A program made the position numbers and the translations under genes. Of a DNA stretch of 64,000 bases, positions 28,672 to 40,464 are shown one piece after another. This stretch comes from an uncultured Candidatus Saccharibacteria bacterium (GTDB lineage Bacteria; Patescibacteriota; WWE3; UBA101185; UBA10185): the NCBI GenBank assembly GCA_964510435.1, contig CAZEBU010000001.1:234503-298502 (forward strand). The letters are read 5' to 3'. Each line of letters begins with the position of its first letter. Positions within the stretch are counted from its first letter, which is position 1. The notes under the pieces are model-generated. The model saw only the letters and a list, made by a program, of their open reading frames with translations. It ran no database searches and was not told where the DNA came from.

Positions 28672-30435
28672 ATGGACACAGTTTCCCAAATTAAGCAAAA
28701 TCTAGATGTTGTAGATATTGTCGGTGGTTATTTAAGTCTTAAAAGAGCAGGAAAAAATTACAAAGCTTTGTGCCCGTTTCATTCTGAGGATACACCTTCA
28801 TTCATGGTTTCTCCGGAGCTGCAAATATACAAGTGCTTTGGTTGTGGAGAGGCTGGTGACATGTTTAACTTTGTCCAAAAAGTGGAAGGCGTTGATTTTA
28901 ATAGGTCTTTGGAAATATTGGCGGACAAGGCAGGTGTCAAAATTGAGAGGACTCAGATGGACCCAAACTACAAGAAGAAAAAGCTTATCTTCGAAATTAA
29001 TAGTACCGCCGCAGATTTTTACCACCACCTTTTAACCAAGCACAAAGTAGGTAGGAAAGGCCTTAACTACCTTTTAAAAAAGAGAGATGTGGATGCCAAA
29101 ACAATAAACAGGTTTAAGATAGGTTACGCTCCTGACAATTGGGATACCCTCCACAGTTTTTTAGTGAAAAAAGGTTATAAGGATGAGGATATTTTGCTCT
29201 CCGGAGTGGTAATTGGGAAAAGGTCCGACAAAGGTTTTATTGATAAGTTTAGAGGGAGAATAGTCTTCCCGTTTATTGATATCAACGAGAAAATTGTTGG
29301 TTTTAGCGGTAGAGACATAGTAGGCAGAGATCCCAAGTACCTTAATACCCAGGATACTTTAGTTTTTAATAAGAGCGGCTTTGTTTATGGGTTGGACAAA
29401 GCTAAGGTGGATATTAAAAAGAAAGGAGCAATTTTGGTAGAAGGTCAAATGGACGTTATTAAAGCTTTCCAGAAAGGTATCACAAATGCAGTGGCTGTTT
29501 CCGGTACCTCACTGACCTCGTTGCAGTTAAAGATCATTTCCAGATACACCAAAGAACTGATTCTTAGCTTCGACTCGGATGAGGCAGGCATGTCTGCCAC
29601 AGCCAGAGCCCTTTCTCTAGCCGAACCCTTTGATTTTGAGATAAAAGTTACCTTAATTCCCGAAAAATACGCCGACCTAGACGACTTTTTAAATAAAAGC
29701 TTAAGACAGGCCAAGAAAGCTCTAGAATCCCCGGTACCTATCTATGATTTTTATTTCGCCAATGCCTTAAAGAATTATAATAAAGGATCCGCATATGGCA
29801 AAAAAAAGATCGTTGAATATTTAGCCCCTATTTATTCGAAAATTACTAACAGCATAGTGCTTGATCATTATGTTAAAAGAATTGCGGAAGAAATTGATGT
29901 TACGGAGGAGGTAGTCAGGGAGTCTCTAAAAGATAAAGAGCACACAGCCCTAAAAGAGGAAATAACCGAACAAGAGCAAACTGGCGTGCAAGCGAACGTA
30001 AGAAAATTACCTGAGGAGTATTTTATTTCCTTGTTGATCAAATCAGACCTTGACACTATGGGGCAATTTTTGTATAAACTTAAGGCTAAAGATTTTTTTA
30101 ACGAGCGTAATAAAGAGATATTTGGAACGTTAAAAAGTTATATTGATAGTAAGCCAAGGGAGTTTGATATAAAATATTTTAGAGACAGGTTGGACGATAA
30201 TTATAAAGAAGTTATTTTAGAAATGTATCTTTGGGACTTTGGTGAGATAACCGTTGATAAGGATCTATTTGTAAGTGAGCTAGATTCAGCCATTTCTCGT
30301 ATAGAAAAGAACTCTATCAAGAGAAAGTTGAAAGAATTGACCGAGCAAATAAAACTTGCCGAATTAGAAAAAAATGCCGAAGCAGTTAAGGAGTTATCTA
30401 AAAAGTTTGCTAGACTTTCGAAAAAGTTAATTTGA
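28672..30435 (+). CDS. dnaG: DNA primase
   Basis: [16 protein letters not shown] zinc finger, [26 protein letters not shown]; start revised to MDTVSQ. Confidence 0.97.
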   Translation: MDTVSQIKQNLDVVDIVGGYLSLKRAGKNYKALCPFHSEDTPSFMVSPELQIYKCFGCGEAGDMFNFVQKVEGVDFNRSLEILADKAGVKIERTQMDPNYKKKKLIFEINSTAADFYHHLLTKHKVGRKGLNYLLKKRDVDAKTINRFKIGYAPDNWDTLHSFLVKKGYKDEDILLSGVVIGKRSDKGFIDKFRGRIVFPFIDINEKIVGFSGRDIVGRDPKYLNTQDTLVFNKSGFVYGLDKAKVDIKKKGAILVEGQMDVIKAFQKGITNAVAVSGTSLTSLQLKIISRYTKELILSFDSDEAGMSATARALSLAEPFDFEIKVTLIPEKYADLDDFLNKSLRQAKKALESPVPIYDFYFANALKNYNKGSAYGKKKIVEYLAPIYSKITNSIVLDHYVKRIAEEIDVTEEVVRESLKDKEHTALKEEITEQEQTGVQANVRKLPEEYFISLLIKSDLDTMGQFLYKLKAKDFFNERNKEIFGTLKSYIDSKPREFDIKYFRDRLDDNYKEVILEMYLWDFGEITVDKDLFVSELDSAISRIEKNSIKRKLKELTEQIKLAELEKNAEAVKELSKKFARLSKKLI

Positions 30436-30436
30436 T

Positions 30437-31549
30437 ATGCCTAAAAAAGCAACGAAAAAAGCAACGAAAAAAGCAAAACTTAGCCTAAAAGAAAAAAATA
30501 TCAGGAAATTAATTACCATTGGTAAGAAACAAGGTTATTTAACCTTAACCCAGATATTGGAATTATTTCCTAACGCTGAAGAAGACATAGAAACATTGGA
30601 TTTCCTTTACGAGAAGTTATTGGATGCCAAAGTAGATGTTTTTGACGTGGAGTCAGAGAAGGAAGCTGAAAAATTAGCAGAGATAGAACAAATAGACCTC
30701 ACCAAGCAAAAGCTTGATAGAACGGTGTCTTCTGATCCGGTGCGCATGTATTTAAGAGAAATCGGCAAAGTGGACCTATTAAAGGCAGAAGAAGAAGTTG
30801 AACTAGCTAAAAGAGCTGAGAAACATGACCAGGAAGCCGCGGATCTACTGGCTAAAGCTAATTTAAGATTGGTTGTTTCCATTGCCAAAAAATATATGGG
30901 CAGGGGCCTGCACTTTTTGGATCTGATCCAAGAGGGTAATATAGGGTTGATGCGCGCCGTGGAGAAGTTTGACTGGAGAAGGGGTTTTAAATTTTCTACC
31001 TACGCCACCTGGTGGATCAGGCAGGCCATTACCAGAGCCATTGCCGATCAAGCCAAAACTATCAGAATTCCGGTACACATGGTAGAAACAATCAATAAAT
31101 ACAAGAAAATTGAGCGAGAATTGGAGCAAAAGCTGCAAAGACCGCCCAACCCTGATGAAATTGCCAAAGTTATGGGGATAGATGAAGATAAGGCCCACGA
31201 AATAGAAAGAATTTCCCAGGACACCACCTCTTTAGAGACCCCTGTAGGTAAAGAGGAGGACACCCGATTAAAAGAATTCATTAAAGACGAAGTTACCGTA
31301 TCCCCTTTTGATTCGGCTAGCCAGGAATTGTTAAAGGGCCACATTGACGACGTTTTGGAAACACTAAATCCCAGGGAAAGAAGAGTATTGTCCTTAAGAT
31401 TTGGCCTGAAAGATGGTAGGAACAGGACTTTGGAAGAGGTAGGACGAGAGTTTGGGGTAACTAGGGAAAGAATTAGACAAATTGAAGCCAAGGCATTAAG
31501 AAAACTGAGACACCCCTCAAGAAGCAAGAGGTTAAGGGATTATTTGTAA
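30437..31549 (+). CDS. rpoD: Primary RNA polymerase sigma factor
   Basis: [55 protein letters not shown]. Confidence 0.98.
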   Translation: MPKKATKKATKKAKLSLKEKNIRKLITIGKKQGYLTLTQILELFPNAEEDIETLDFLYEKLLDAKVDVFDVESEKEAEKLAEIEQIDLTKQKLDRTVSSDPVRMYLREIGKVDLLKAEEEVELAKRAEKHDQEAADLLAKANLRLVVSIAKKYMGRGLHFLDLIQEGNIGLMRAVEKFDWRRGFKFSTYATWWIRQAITRAIADQAKTIRIPVHMVETINKYKKIERELEQKLQRPPNPDEIAKVMGIDEDKAHEIERISQDTTSLETPVGKEEDTRLKEFIKDEVTVSPFDSASQELLKGHIDDVLETLNPRERRVLSLRFGLKDGRNRTLEEVGREFGVTRERIRQIEAKALRKLRHPSRSKRLRDYL

Positions 31550-33114
31550 TATAAGGTTTTAGGCTGAGGTTTAACCTCAGCCAGATTCTCATAGATAAAC
31601 ACATCCGAGAGTGGTATCAGGTTGGGTTTTGGTAAGACAAACTGATTGATTAACATAAATTGTCTAGGATCAAGTATGGTCTCCTCGAATTCTTTCCATG
31701 TTTGGTAATAAAAAGGGTAAGTTTCTCGTACAACCTCTCTTTTATAGTTGCTTAACGGCCTGGAAGAAATAACTACATAAGAGTAGTGCTCAAGATTTTC
31801 CGGTGTCTGAAACTGGGCTCCTTCGCTGGAGTATACCGGCAGGGTAACCACTTTTGAAGTAACGAGCTTGTTCATGGGGTCCAAGCCCTCTTCACTGTAA
31901 ACTAAAACACTTTTTATGGGATCCAGGTTATCACGCATCCAAAGGTAGGCCGCAGATTTTGGAGTATATCTTTGGAACTGATGCAGAAGTAGCGTTGGGA
32001 AATATAAGTAGGAAGCAAGCAGAAGTATAGCTACGAATAACAAAACCAGACGGCTTTTTAATCTTTCCAACAAATAGTCCAGCCCAAAGGATGCATACAT
32101 GAGAACAATAGGTAGGATAGGCAGCAACCAGCGGTCAACCCTTCGGCTCTGCAAAGTAAAAAACACCAGATATATGATGACACTGCCTACCAAAAAAATA
32201 TGAAAGTCAAGATCAACCCGTTCTTTAAATGATTTGTATTTCCCGTAAAGAGAAGATAGTAAAACTAATGGTGTAGTTATAAACCCCAAACCAAATATAT
32301 ATTTGTAGACAGATAGATCAACCGAGTCAAAGACCAAACCGCCTTCCTTGGTGAACATGGATAGTATGCGAAAAGTAAATCTTTCCGACAAGATAAAGGA
32401 AAAAGGATTTGTCATCATGAAAACCCCCAAAGCCACAAGATTTAACGCCGCCAATCCTCGATAGTCTTTTTTCCTAATGTATGGGTAGTAAAAGAGAGGT
32501 AGGGTTATGAGGGTAGTAATTTTTGTACCAATAGCCAGTCCCAACAACGCGCCTGTAAGCAATGTAAACTTAGTATCCTCTTCCTTCCTGCGAAAATAGT
32601 AGAAAAGAGTTAAGTAAGATAAAGAGAGTACGATGGTTTGAATGAGATCAGCATTTATGTAATGTGCGTGCACGATCAGTTTCCAATTTAGGGCAACTAA
32701 TAATAGTGTCACAAAAAATACCAGCCACTTTTTTCTTAGCTTATAACTTAAAACGGCTGTAGATAGCACAATGAATATGGACAGCAGAGCATTAAAAGAC
32801 CTCATGAAAACGTAGAGGCTAGTTTTATCAAAGGGCAGGCTCAGCAGGTTACTTAATTTGCTGAAAGTCATGGTGGCCAGTGTAAATAGGTAAGCAGGAA
32901 AAGTGCCGTAAACAAAAGAAATGGGTATGAGTTGGTAATAATCATTATTTTTAATGATGTTTCGTATTTCGTAGGTATATCTAATGGCTAATTCAGCTAT
33001 TTCCGGTTCATCAGCGTAAAAGCTGTGGGGTAAGCCAAACTCAATGTGATACAGCCTGAAAAATAATCCCAAGGCTAGTATAAAGAGGACCAAAAATTTA
33101 TGCAGTTTGCTCAT
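31540..33114 (-). CDS. ArnT/GT39-like (PMT_2) membrane glycosyltransferase
   Basis: [28 protein letters not shown]; many TMs. Confidence 0.82.
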   Translation of the reverse strand: MSKLHKFLVLFILALGLFFRLYHIEFGLPHSFYADEPEIAELAIRYTYEIRNIIKNNDYYQLIPISFVYGTFPAYLFTLATMTFSKLSNLLSLPFDKTSLYVFMRSFNALLSIFIVLSTAVLSYKLRKKWLVFFVTLLLVALNWKLIVHAHYINADLIQTIVLSLSYLTLFYYFRRKEEDTKFTLLTGALLGLAIGTKITTLITLPLFYYPYIRKKDYRGLAALNLVALGVFMMTNPFSFILSERFTFRILSMFTKEGGLVFDSVDLSVYKYIFGLGFITTPLVLLSSLYGKYKSFKERVDLDFHIFLVGSVIIYLVFFTLQSRRVDRWLLPILPIVLMYASFGLDYLLERLKSRLVLLFVAILLLASYLYFPTLLLHQFQRYTPKSAAYLWMRDNLDPIKSVLVYSEEGLDPMNKLVTSKVVTLPVYSSEGAQFQTPENLEHYSYVVISSRPLSNYKREVVRETYPFYYQTWKEFEETILDPRQFMLINQFVLPKPNLIPLSDVFIYENLAEVKPQPKTLYYK

Positions 33115-34388
33115 TTTTCTAGTAGAATTTTTCTAGTTTCTTGTTTATAACTCTCTACGCTGGGCTGATCAAAAGCGTTTACTCCTAGCAAATGTCCCAA
33201 ATACATTATTTCTACCATTTTGAACTGCATGAACTGTCCAAGGGACTCCAGAGTAATATCATCCAGGATAACTTCTATGAAGGGAAGATCATTTTTTGCA
33301 AAGGCAATTTTTACACCTGCTAAAATGGCATCCATAATTTCTGAAGTACTTTTTTCTTCGATCTCGCTGAGAAGCTCTATGACAGGTTCTTGAGGTACGC
33401 TAATGTTGGCACCCGAATTTTTTGTAGAAATAAAAGTAAATAACTTATCCTTAATGCCCCCCAGATAAAGCTGTCCCATGGAGTGTAGATCCGTGGAGCC
33501 AATAGAGACGGTGGGGGTAATTCCTTTGCCGTCTTTGCCGATACTCTCACCCATAAGCTGTCTGTACCACTTGCCCAGAGATTCCAGTTCGGGGTGGAAA
33601 AAGAAATTGTCGTTGATCAGCTTGCCTTTGACGTAGTTTTCGAAAATTATGATGGCTGATAGAGCGGAGGGGTTCTTTGAGACGGTTTTATTTAAACAGA
33701 CTCTACGGGCTTCCATGGCGCCTTTAAGGAGTTCGGAGAGGTCAATACCCAAACATGCTAAAGGGAAAAGCCCTACGCTGGAAAAAACTGAGAATCTCCC
33801 GCCTACCTTGTTGGGTACCGGCAAGCAATCCAGATTTAAGCTGCGAGCAGTCTTCCAAAGGTCTGAGTTATAAGATGTAGTAATAACCAGCCTATCTTTG
33901 GCAAAAGGAATACCGCTGGAAATTATTTCCAAGTTAACGAGGGTCTCTGTGGTTTTTCCTGATTTGCTGATGGTGTTAATGATGATTTCCTCGGGGCTTT
34001 TGATGTTCTTTTTAATAAACTTGTAGAGTTTGTAAATGTAGGTTGGATCGTTGGTATCCGCAAAGATCATTTTGGGGTATCTGTCCGGCTCAATAAGATC
34101 AAAATAGCCATAGAGAGCATCGTAAATAGCTTTCGTGCCTAGGTTAGAACCACCGATGCCTATATCCAGGACATATTTTAAGTTGCTATTTACGTATTTT
34201 GACTTAAGCTTATGGATTTTTTCGAGAATGCTCTCATCAAAGGGAAGATTTATAGAACTCTCCTCATACATGTAATTATCAGCCTCTGCCACCTTGGTCA
34301 AGCGTTTGATGTATTCCTCAAGATGCTGTGCTTGCGCGGCTACCTCGTCCTTGGTGACATGAGAGCTATCTTCGTATCTGAACAACAT
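33111..34388 (-). CDS. pgi: Glucose-6-phosphate isomerase
   Basis: IGIGGSNLG, ISKSGKTTET, VGGRFSV, QLMGESIGK, DLHSMGQ, AFDQPSVESYK. Confidence 0.95.
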   Translation of the reverse strand: MLFRYEDSSHVTKDEVAAQAQHLEEYIKRLTKVAEADNYMYEESSINLPFDESILEKIHKLKSKYVNSNLKYVLDIGIGGSNLGTKAIYDALYGYFDLIEPDRYPKMIFADTNDPTYIYKLYKFIKKNIKSPEEIIINTISKSGKTTETLVNLEIISSGIPFAKDRLVITTSYNSDLWKTARSLNLDCLPVPNKVGGRFSVFSSVGLFPLACLGIDLSELLKGAMEARRVCLNKTVSKNPSALSAIIIFENYVKGKLINDNFFFHPELESLGKWYRQLMGESIGKDGKGITPTVSIGSTDLHSMGQLYLGGIKDKLFTFISTKNSGANISVPQEPVIELLSEIEEKSTSEIMDAILAGVKIAFAKNDLPFIEVILDDITLESLGQFMQFKMVEIMYLGHLLGVNAFDQPSVESYKQETRKILLEK

Positions 34389-34396
34389 ATCTTCTC

Positions 34397-35197
34397 CTAT
34401 TTTATCAGGTATCCGAACTCATTAGGAAGTTCTAATTCTTTAATTATTTCGCCTTGTATACCGCTAATAAATCTTTTTATAACTTTGCGTTCGCGGTTTT
34501 CAATGTTCTCTTTTTTTACCATGGCCTCTTTACTACCCGTGATAAGGATCAATTTTGCCGGGACCTCCGCCAACCAGGCAAGCAGCCCATTTTCTTGACG
34601 GTGGACAACAGGCACTAGCTTAAGCATAAGAGCAAGATCAAACCGGCCTACATTTTTAGGGAGGTAGTGTTGCCAGTCTTCTTTTCCAAAGCGCTGGTTA
34701 TAAAGTATAAGATTTTTAAGTTCCTGCACATCTTTGTACTTGTTTAGTTTATTAAATGATTCTTTATCCTTGTCGAGCCAAACGTATTCTTTAAATCCAT
34801 TAAACAAACCGGTTTCAATGGAAGCGGGAAACATACCTCCGCCAAGGTCAATGATATACGAAGATCGTGCAAAATAGGGCTTGAGTTGTTGGAAAAAGCT
34901 ATCTATAAAAGGTTTCCGTTCTTTAGTGGATAAATGGGAGTCAACCGGCGCCTTCAACGTAGTTTGGTATGTTCTCAATTGGTAGTAGATGTCTTTCTTG
35001 GTCTTTTTTATAAAGTTTTTGTACTGGTGAGTTCGATAAATACTTTTTAAATTCCCGGCAATGGCGATCTCGTTTTTTAAGGCAGGAAATCTGTCTAACT
35101 CATTTTTTAAGATCTGTCGCACTTCCTCGGAAGAAATTTTGTAGTTTTTAACAATTTTTTGTGTTTGTTCGCCGAGAAACTTTTCCAACATGTGCAT
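34397..35197 (-). CDS. FmrO/ArmA/Rmt-like 16S rRNA (m7G1405) methyltransferase
   Basis: HLSTKER (cf. HASTRER), IIDLGGGMFP SAM motif, DLALMLKLVPVVHRQ, C-terminal ELPNE. Confidence 0.72.
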   Translation of the reverse strand: MHMLEKFLGEQTQKIVKNYKISSEEVRQILKNELDRFPALKNEIAIAGNLKSIYRTHQYKNFIKKTKKDIYYQLRTYQTTLKAPVDSHLSTKERKPFIDSFFQQLKPYFARSSYIIDLGGGMFPASIETGLFNGFKEYVWLDKDKESFNKLNKYKDVQELKNLILYNQRFGKEDWQHYLPKNVGRFDLALMLKLVPVVHRQENGLLAWLAEVPAKLILITGSKEAMVKKENIENRERKVIKRFISGIQGEIIKELELPNEFGYLIK

Positions 35198-35214
35198 ATG
35201 ATAACATTAAAAAA

Positions 35215-35760
35215 ATGCCTAAAAAGAAACGCCAGAAGAAGAAAATAATCCTTGGTAGCTTGCTATCCGCGCTGCTCATGTTGATCACCGGCTTAGTAAT
35301 ATCTCTAGATAAAGAAGATGAGAACGTCTTGGGTGAATATGTGGGTGATTATTATAAGGTAGTAAAAGTCGTTGATGGAGATACCCTGGTAGTGGAGAGG
35401 AACGGACGAGAGGATAAGGTGAGGTTAATAGGGGTCGATACACCGGAGCTTAAACATCCTAGAAAAGAAGTGGAATGCTTTGCCATAGAAGCTTCCAAAA
35501 AGGCTAAGGATCTATTGCTGGGTAAACGGGTGAAATTGGCTGACGATCCTTCTCAGTACGATAAAGACCGCTATGGAAGGTTGCTGAGGTATGTTTATCT
35601 GCCGGACGGTATTTTTGTAAATGAGCTTCTCATTAAGGAGGGTTACGCCTACGAATACACTTATCAAACTAAGTACGCTTTCCAGGAAGAGTTTAAGCAA
35701 GCCGAGGAACAGGCCAAGGATGGAAGGATAGGTTTGTGGGGACCTCTTTGCAATAATTAG
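35215..35760 (+). CDS. Thermonuclease (SNase) family, membrane anchored
   Basis: VVDGDTL, VRLIGVDTPE, DRYGRLLRYVY, GLW; start revised to MPKKK. Confidence 0.93.
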   Translation: MPKKKRQKKKIILGSLLSALLMLITGLVISLDKEDENVLGEYVGDYYKVVKVVDGDTLVVERNGREDKVRLIGVDTPELKHPRKEVECFAIEASKKAKDLLLGKRVKLADDPSQYDKDRYGRLLRYVYLPDGIFVNELLIKEGYAYEYTYQTKYAFQEEFKQAEEQAKDGRIGLWGPLCNN

Positions 35761-37007
35761 TCTGAAAAATCAATAAGATCCTCGCACTCCTCCTTTTGCT
35801 CAGAAAAGTCTTGTTCATACTCTTCTTCCAAGTTATCCCAGGCCTCTCGACAGTTTTTATAAGCGTTAATGCTGCCAGTGATGTTGAGCTCATTGGATAG
35901 GAGAGCTATTCGTTTGCTGACAAATAGGTAAGTTTGCTTTAATTCAATAACCTGTGTGTAGGTTAGCAAGGAGTTTGTATATCCATCCCAGAGTTTATCT
36001 GCTATGTCTATTGCCTTTTCGATCTTGGCAAGGAGTTTATGAAGAAGATCTGAGTCCACGTTTTCCGAGTCAGCCGTTTTCTTCCAGCTGTTTAAGACGG
36101 CTTGGTCATGTATCTTCCTATTTTCCCAGAAAAGTACCTCTTCGTAATCATAAGGTATAGGGTCATTAGGATCTAAGTATTTTTGTGTATCGGGATATGT
36201 TTCGGGCCCATCCGTATTAGCTGCAATTTCTTTGTGGGTAGGTTCAGGAGGTATTTGGGGAGACCCCGTGTCTTTTTCGATCAAGTTTTTTACTACCTTT
36301 TTGGCGTAGTTAGAGGCAATGGCATAACCGATCCCTTCCGAAGGAGCGTTTTTATCGATCCAGCTGGTTTTCGAAGTATTAATGCCTATGACCCCGCACT
36401 TGTTTATCAGAGGGCCTCCTGAGTTCCCGGGATTTATGGGAGAATCAGTTTGCACCATGGGAACATTTTCGTTACCCAAAAAGGTATATCTGGAGAAAAC
36501 ACCCTTGGTGATAGTAGATTCTCCGTAAGGACTGTTAGGCCAGCCAATAGCAAAAACACTTTCAGCAAGTTCCAAATCCTGACTATCGGACCATTGGCAG
36601 GAAGTAAAACCGGGGTCTATTTTCAAAACGGCCAAATCATCTTCACTGACAAAGCCGACAATGCGGGATGAGTGAAAATCACCTTCATAAAACACATTGA
36701 CATAGCCATCTTTTGAGTCACTAATGACATGATAATTAGTGACCAAGTATCCTTTGGGATCGATCAAAAAACCTGTGCCGTGTTTCTCAACATCACCTAT
36801 GAGAAAAGTGCAGTATTTGGCCAAATTGAGACTCTCTTTTTCCGAACAAGTTATAACTGTGGTTTTTGGAATGGCAACGCTTTCCTGAGGTGCAAAATAA
36901 CCTTTTACAACGAATGTAAACACATAGATTGCAACAACCGATAATATAACAAGTAATAAAATCTTAATGTATCTTAGGAATTTTCTCATCTGCAGGTATT
37001 TTACCAC
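35757..37007 (-). CDS. Trypsin-like (S1C) serine protease without PDZ, helical C-domain
   Basis: GTGF, VTNYHV, DLAVLKI, QTDSPINPGNSGGPL. Confidence 0.9.
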   Translation of the reverse strand: MVKYLQMRKFLRYIKILLLVILSVVAIYVFTFVVKGYFAPQESVAIPKTTVITCSEKESLNLAKYCTFLIGDVEKHGTGFLIDPKGYLVTNYHVISDSKDGYVNVFYEGDFHSSRIVGFVSEDDLAVLKIDPGFTSCQWSDSQDLELAESVFAIGWPNSPYGESTITKGVFSRYTFLGNENVPMVQTDSPINPGNSGGPLINKCGVIGINTSKTSWIDKNAPSEGIGYAIASNYAKKVVKNLIEKDTGSPQIPPEPTHKEIAANTDGPETYPDTQKYLDPNDPIPYDYEEVLFWENRKIHDQAVLNSWKKTADSENVDSDLLHKLLAKIEKAIDIADKLWDGYTNSLLTYTQVIELKQTYLFVSKRIALLSNELNITGSINAYKNCREAWDNLEEEYEQDFSEQKEECEDLIDFSD

Positions 37008-37493
37008 TTAGGTTATATTTACAATTTGTGGTTTGACTAGTTCTTGATAGTCGGAGGTTTTTATGGCTATGGATACTTTCTTGTCCCCTGCATTAAAAAT
37101 GATGACATCGTTTTCAAAGACTTTGTCATCAGTGTAAACCTCTAAGTTAAATAAATTACCAAAAGGGGGTACGCCGCCTAATTTAATACCACCCGTTATT
37201 TTGAGTACCTCATCTTTGGTGGCAAACCTAATATCTTTGGCTGTAAATAACTTTTTTGTCTTTTTTATATCAAATTTCAGATCTCCGGGAACAATTAACA
37301 TAACAAAAAACTTGACTCCCCCCGACTTTTTAATTCGTACGATAAGAGCTTTAGCCCCTTGTTTTAAAGTATATTGATCCGGACGGATCTCTGCGGCTTC
37401 CTCGCTGGTACGAACAGCTTTGTGCTCCATATAGTCGTACCACATATCATTTTCTTGCAAAAGATTTCTAATTTTACTAACGCAGCGGTGCAT
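37008..37493 (-). CDS. YbaK/ProXp-like aminoacyl-tRNA editing domain protein
   Basis: GAKALIV, RFAT, TG..GGVPPFG, FNAG. Confidence 0.9.
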   Translation of the reverse strand: MHRCVSKIRNLLQENDMWYDYMEHKAVRTSEEAAEIRPDQYTLKQGAKALIVRIKKSGGVKFFVMLIVPGDLKFDIKKTKKLFTAKDIRFATKDEVLKITGGIKLGGVPPFGNLFNLEVYTDDKVFENDVIIFNAGDKKVSIAIKTSDYQELVKPQIVNIT

Positions 37494-37509
37494 ATTATTT
37501 AAAGAAAAT

Positions 37510-38619
37510 TTACTTAAATAGTGCGGCAGCCGTGTCCCAAAAATAGGGATTATTATTGACGTATTTTTCCCAGTACCACCACTCCACCCCCCAAAAGTAA
37601 TAATCTTTAAAACCGGCTTTTTGGGCGTAGGTGATGGTATCTATGAATTGGTGCCTAGACATGGTTTTGTTTTTTTCATCTTCGGAAAGCATGCTGTTAA
37701 TAGCAGGACCCCAAGGTTCGGATTGCAGTTCAGTGACAATGATCTTTTCCTGGGGTACGAGTGTGAGATCGGCCTTTATTTTATATGTCCAGTGAGCCAG
37801 TGGATATTTAAAGTAGATGAAGTTGCCTAAAAATATATGCCAAAAGTCGTACCACACTTTGCGGTACATGGAAATTCCTAAGATATCGCCAGCCTGAAAG
37901 GAAGGGAACCAAAAGCCTCCCTCCCCGCTATCCTGGATAACTATAGGGCGATCATCCAAAGTTCTTACTACTTCGATCTCCTTTAGAACCAATTCTCTGC
38001 TCAGACTGGGAACACACTCCCCAAATTTAAAGAAAGGCTCATTTTCTACCTGCCACTTATTGATGGATTCGTATCTTTTTAACTCTTCCACTGTAGTTTT
38101 AACGTATTCCAATAGTTCGATGTTTTTAAACTCTTCATTTTCTAACTCGCGCCACCAGCGGGGTTCAAAACATTCAGGGTATCTGGGGACTTTGCGTCCC
38201 AAGGTGAGTATGACGTTTGCCCCTCGTTTTTCAGCCTCATCCAGCTGCCAAATGATATCTTCGTAATTGTATTCATCCCTCTCTTTCTCAATGTCGTCCC
38301 AATAGGCTATCAATCTGATATCCCGGACTTCCAGATCGTCCAAGATAGCTAGGTACACTTCTTTCCAATCCAGCTCCAACTGATTGGTATACTTTTTGCT
38401 GAAAGTTACCCCGTAAGTGATGTTTTTCTGTACTTTAGGACGGTAGAAAAAGAAGATAATGATGGGGGCAACTGTGAGGAGAATAAGGAAGACAACAATT
38501 ACTTTAATGATATGTAGGTTGAAGATATTTTTAAGGAGTTTTTTGGCTAGCTTTAATTCTTTAACTTCTTGAGAAACCTTTTTCCTTTTAAGTAATTTTA
38601 GAATATCGGGCAGCTTCAT
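37510..38619 (-). CDS. Membrane-anchored clan GH-A glycoside hydrolase (GH5/GH42-like)
   Basis: YGVTFS, IAYWDDIE, WQVENEP acid/base, VTELQ nucleophile. Confidence 0.8.
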   Translation of the reverse strand: MKLPDILKLLKRKKVSQEVKELKLAKKLLKNIFNLHIIKVIVVFLILLTVAPIIIFFFYRPKVQKNITYGVTFSKKYTNQLELDWKEVYLAILDDLEVRDIRLIAYWDDIEKERDEYNYEDIIWQLDEAEKRGANVILTLGRKVPRYPECFEPRWWRELENEEFKNIELLEYVKTTVEELKRYESINKWQVENEPFFKFGECVPSLSRELVLKEIEVVRTLDDRPIVIQDSGEGGFWFPSFQAGDILGISMYRKVWYDFWHIFLGNFIYFKYPLAHWTYKIKADLTLVPQEKIIVTELQSEPWGPAINSMLSEDEKNKTMSRHQFIDTITYAQKAGFKDYYFWGVEWWYWEKYVNNNPYFWDTAAALFK

Positions 38620-38620
38620 T

Positions 38621-39814
38621 TTACCTACTTATAGTACCACTTTTACATATTTTAGCGTATTCATAAAATGACGGTCTAGGCTTTCTTTGTAGGTTATTCT
38701 CCCTGTCAATCTCTACCAAACCGAAACGGGGGCGGTAACCCTCCGCCCATTCATAATTGTCAATGAGAGACCAGTGGAAGTAGCCTTTTAAGTCAACTCC
38801 CTTATCTCTAGCCTGGGCGCAGCTTTTTAGTATCCCCCTGAGGTACCAGGTTCTATATTTGTCTTGTGCATCCGCCAGTCCGTTTTCGGTGATATAAATG
38901 GGGATCTGGTATCTTTTTAAGTCTAAAAGCACTTTTTTGATGCCTTTTGTTTCCAACCACCAACCTAAGTCGGAAATCTTATCGTTGGGGTTTTGGATCC
39001 TCAAATTTTTAAGTTTATTCGAAAAATAGTAGTTTAAGCCAAGGAAATCAAGCTCATCTTTAATTGGTTTTAAGAAAAAGTCATTATTTAAAAAACGCAG
39101 AATACCGGAGGCTACCTTGTCCAAAGGGTTTTTGCTACTGGAGGAAGGTTCGTACCAGGCGATATTTTTTACCAAACCTACAGGGTAATTAGCCACCTCT
39201 TTTATAGCCAAGTAGGCTTTTTGGTGAGCCCGGCGCATATTTTTTTGCACCAAAAGAACTTTGAAAGGATTGTGGCTTTGAGGTACCCAGCGTGCTAGTA
39301 AAAAAGCAAGCAGGGAATAGACCTGGGGCTCATTAACGGTGATGTAGAAATCGATCATATCTCTAAATTCCTCGGCACATTTTTTAGTGTACTTGGCAAA
39401 GTGATTAGTGACCTTTGGATTAACCCAGCCGCCCATATCCGCTATCCAAACTGGGTTTGTAAAGTGGTGCAAAGTAACAAAGGTCTTTAACCCGCGATCT
39501 TTAGCTGCCTGTAGAACCTTTTTATAGTGTGCCAGCTCTTTTTGGTCGAATTTCCCCGGTTCCGGTTCAAGACGAGCCCACTCCAGACCGATACGTATGG
39601 CGTTGTTGTTAAGTTCTACGGCTAGATCAAAATCTTCTTCGAATCTGCGGTAAGAATCACAGGCTAGCAAGGATGGTTCCAGAGGCCACTTACCCTTGTT
39701 TTTATTTCTGTGCTCCCATGCCCACCAGTCACTTTTTTTATTATTGCCCTCAATTTGGTAGGCAGAGGTGGCCGTACCCCACAAAAAGTCTTTAGGGAAT
39801 TGATAAGACTTCAT
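38621..39814 (-). CDS. GH1 beta-glucosidase
   Basis: FPKDFLWGTATSAYQIEG, TVNEP, ITENG, DNYEWAEG. Confidence 0.95.
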   Translation of the reverse strand: MKSYQFPKDFLWGTATSAYQIEGNNKKSDWWAWEHRNKNKGKWPLEPSLLACDSYRRFEEDFDLAVELNNNAIRIGLEWARLEPEPGKFDQKELAHYKKVLQAAKDRGLKTFVTLHHFTNPVWIADMGGWVNPKVTNHFAKYTKKCAEEFRDMIDFYITVNEPQVYSLLAFLLARWVPQSHNPFKVLLVQKNMRRAHQKAYLAIKEVANYPVGLVKNIAWYEPSSSSKNPLDKVASGILRFLNNDFFLKPIKDELDFLGLNYYFSNKLKNLRIQNPNDKISDLGWWLETKGIKKVLLDLKRYQIPIYITENGLADAQDKYRTWYLRGILKSCAQARDKGVDLKGYFHWSLIDNYEWAEGYRPRFGLVEIDRENNLQRKPRPSFYEYAKICKSGTISR

Positions 39815-39855
39815 ATTTTAAGTATACATTTCAGAAGAGATGAAAGTTAGGTATA

Positions 39856-40464
39856 TTATGGGGTCAGGTTAGTTATCGTGTCAGTGGTTTCATCCTGATT
39901 TAATCCGTTTTCTTCCGCGGATGGTTCTTCAAACTCCCCACACCTTATTTCGATGTTTAAAGCTTCTGTTTTTGTTGCTTCTGCCACCTCTTTGTCTATT
40001 AGGCTACGCACGATACATACTATGTGGCTCCCTAAATATCCGTATTTTCTTCCGGAAGTATCTGCCTCCAGATTAATGGCGTCTTGCTCAAAACCATTCT
40101 CCTCTAAATATACCAGCAAAGCCTCTTCCACCTTTGAACTCGTGTTGGTAATAATCAGGCCCTTGCCAACGATTTCCGTGGAAGAATCAGGGGTATTCCA
40201 GGCAAAGCTGGCGTCCACTATTTCAATAATCTGTAACTCTGCAATTGCGCCAAGAATGCGCAGCAAATTATCAATTTCGTAATCAATTTCATTTTCGAAC
40301 AATCTTACTGACTGGTTTTCGGGAATTTCGCTGGAGGTGGTTTCAGGTACCTCGCTTTGTGTTCCTTTAGTATCTCTGCTGGTGTTGGAAATATAGTTCA
40401 CACCCAGAAAACCCACAAGTATGACAATGAAGGCAGTGAATAGTGCTGTAATTTTGGTCCTCAT
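39856..40464 (-). CDS. Membrane-anchored acidic hypothetical protein
   Basis: N-terminal TM, 202 aa. Confidence 0.7.
   Translation of the reverse strand: MRTKITALFTAFIVILVGFLGVNYISNTSRDTKGTQSEVPETTSSEIPENQSVRLFENEIDYEIDNLLRILGAIAELQIIEIVDASFAWNTPDSSTEIVGKGLIITNTSSKVEEALLVYLEENGFEQDAINLEADTSGRKYGYLGSHIVCIVRSLIDKEVAEATKTEALNIEIRCGEFEEPSAEENGLNQDETTDTITNLTP

Noticed and set aside
30443-30476. 12-bp tandem repeat at the rpoD start
   Set aside because: Encodes a low-complexity KKAT tail common in such sigma factors; in-frame, no sign of phase variation.
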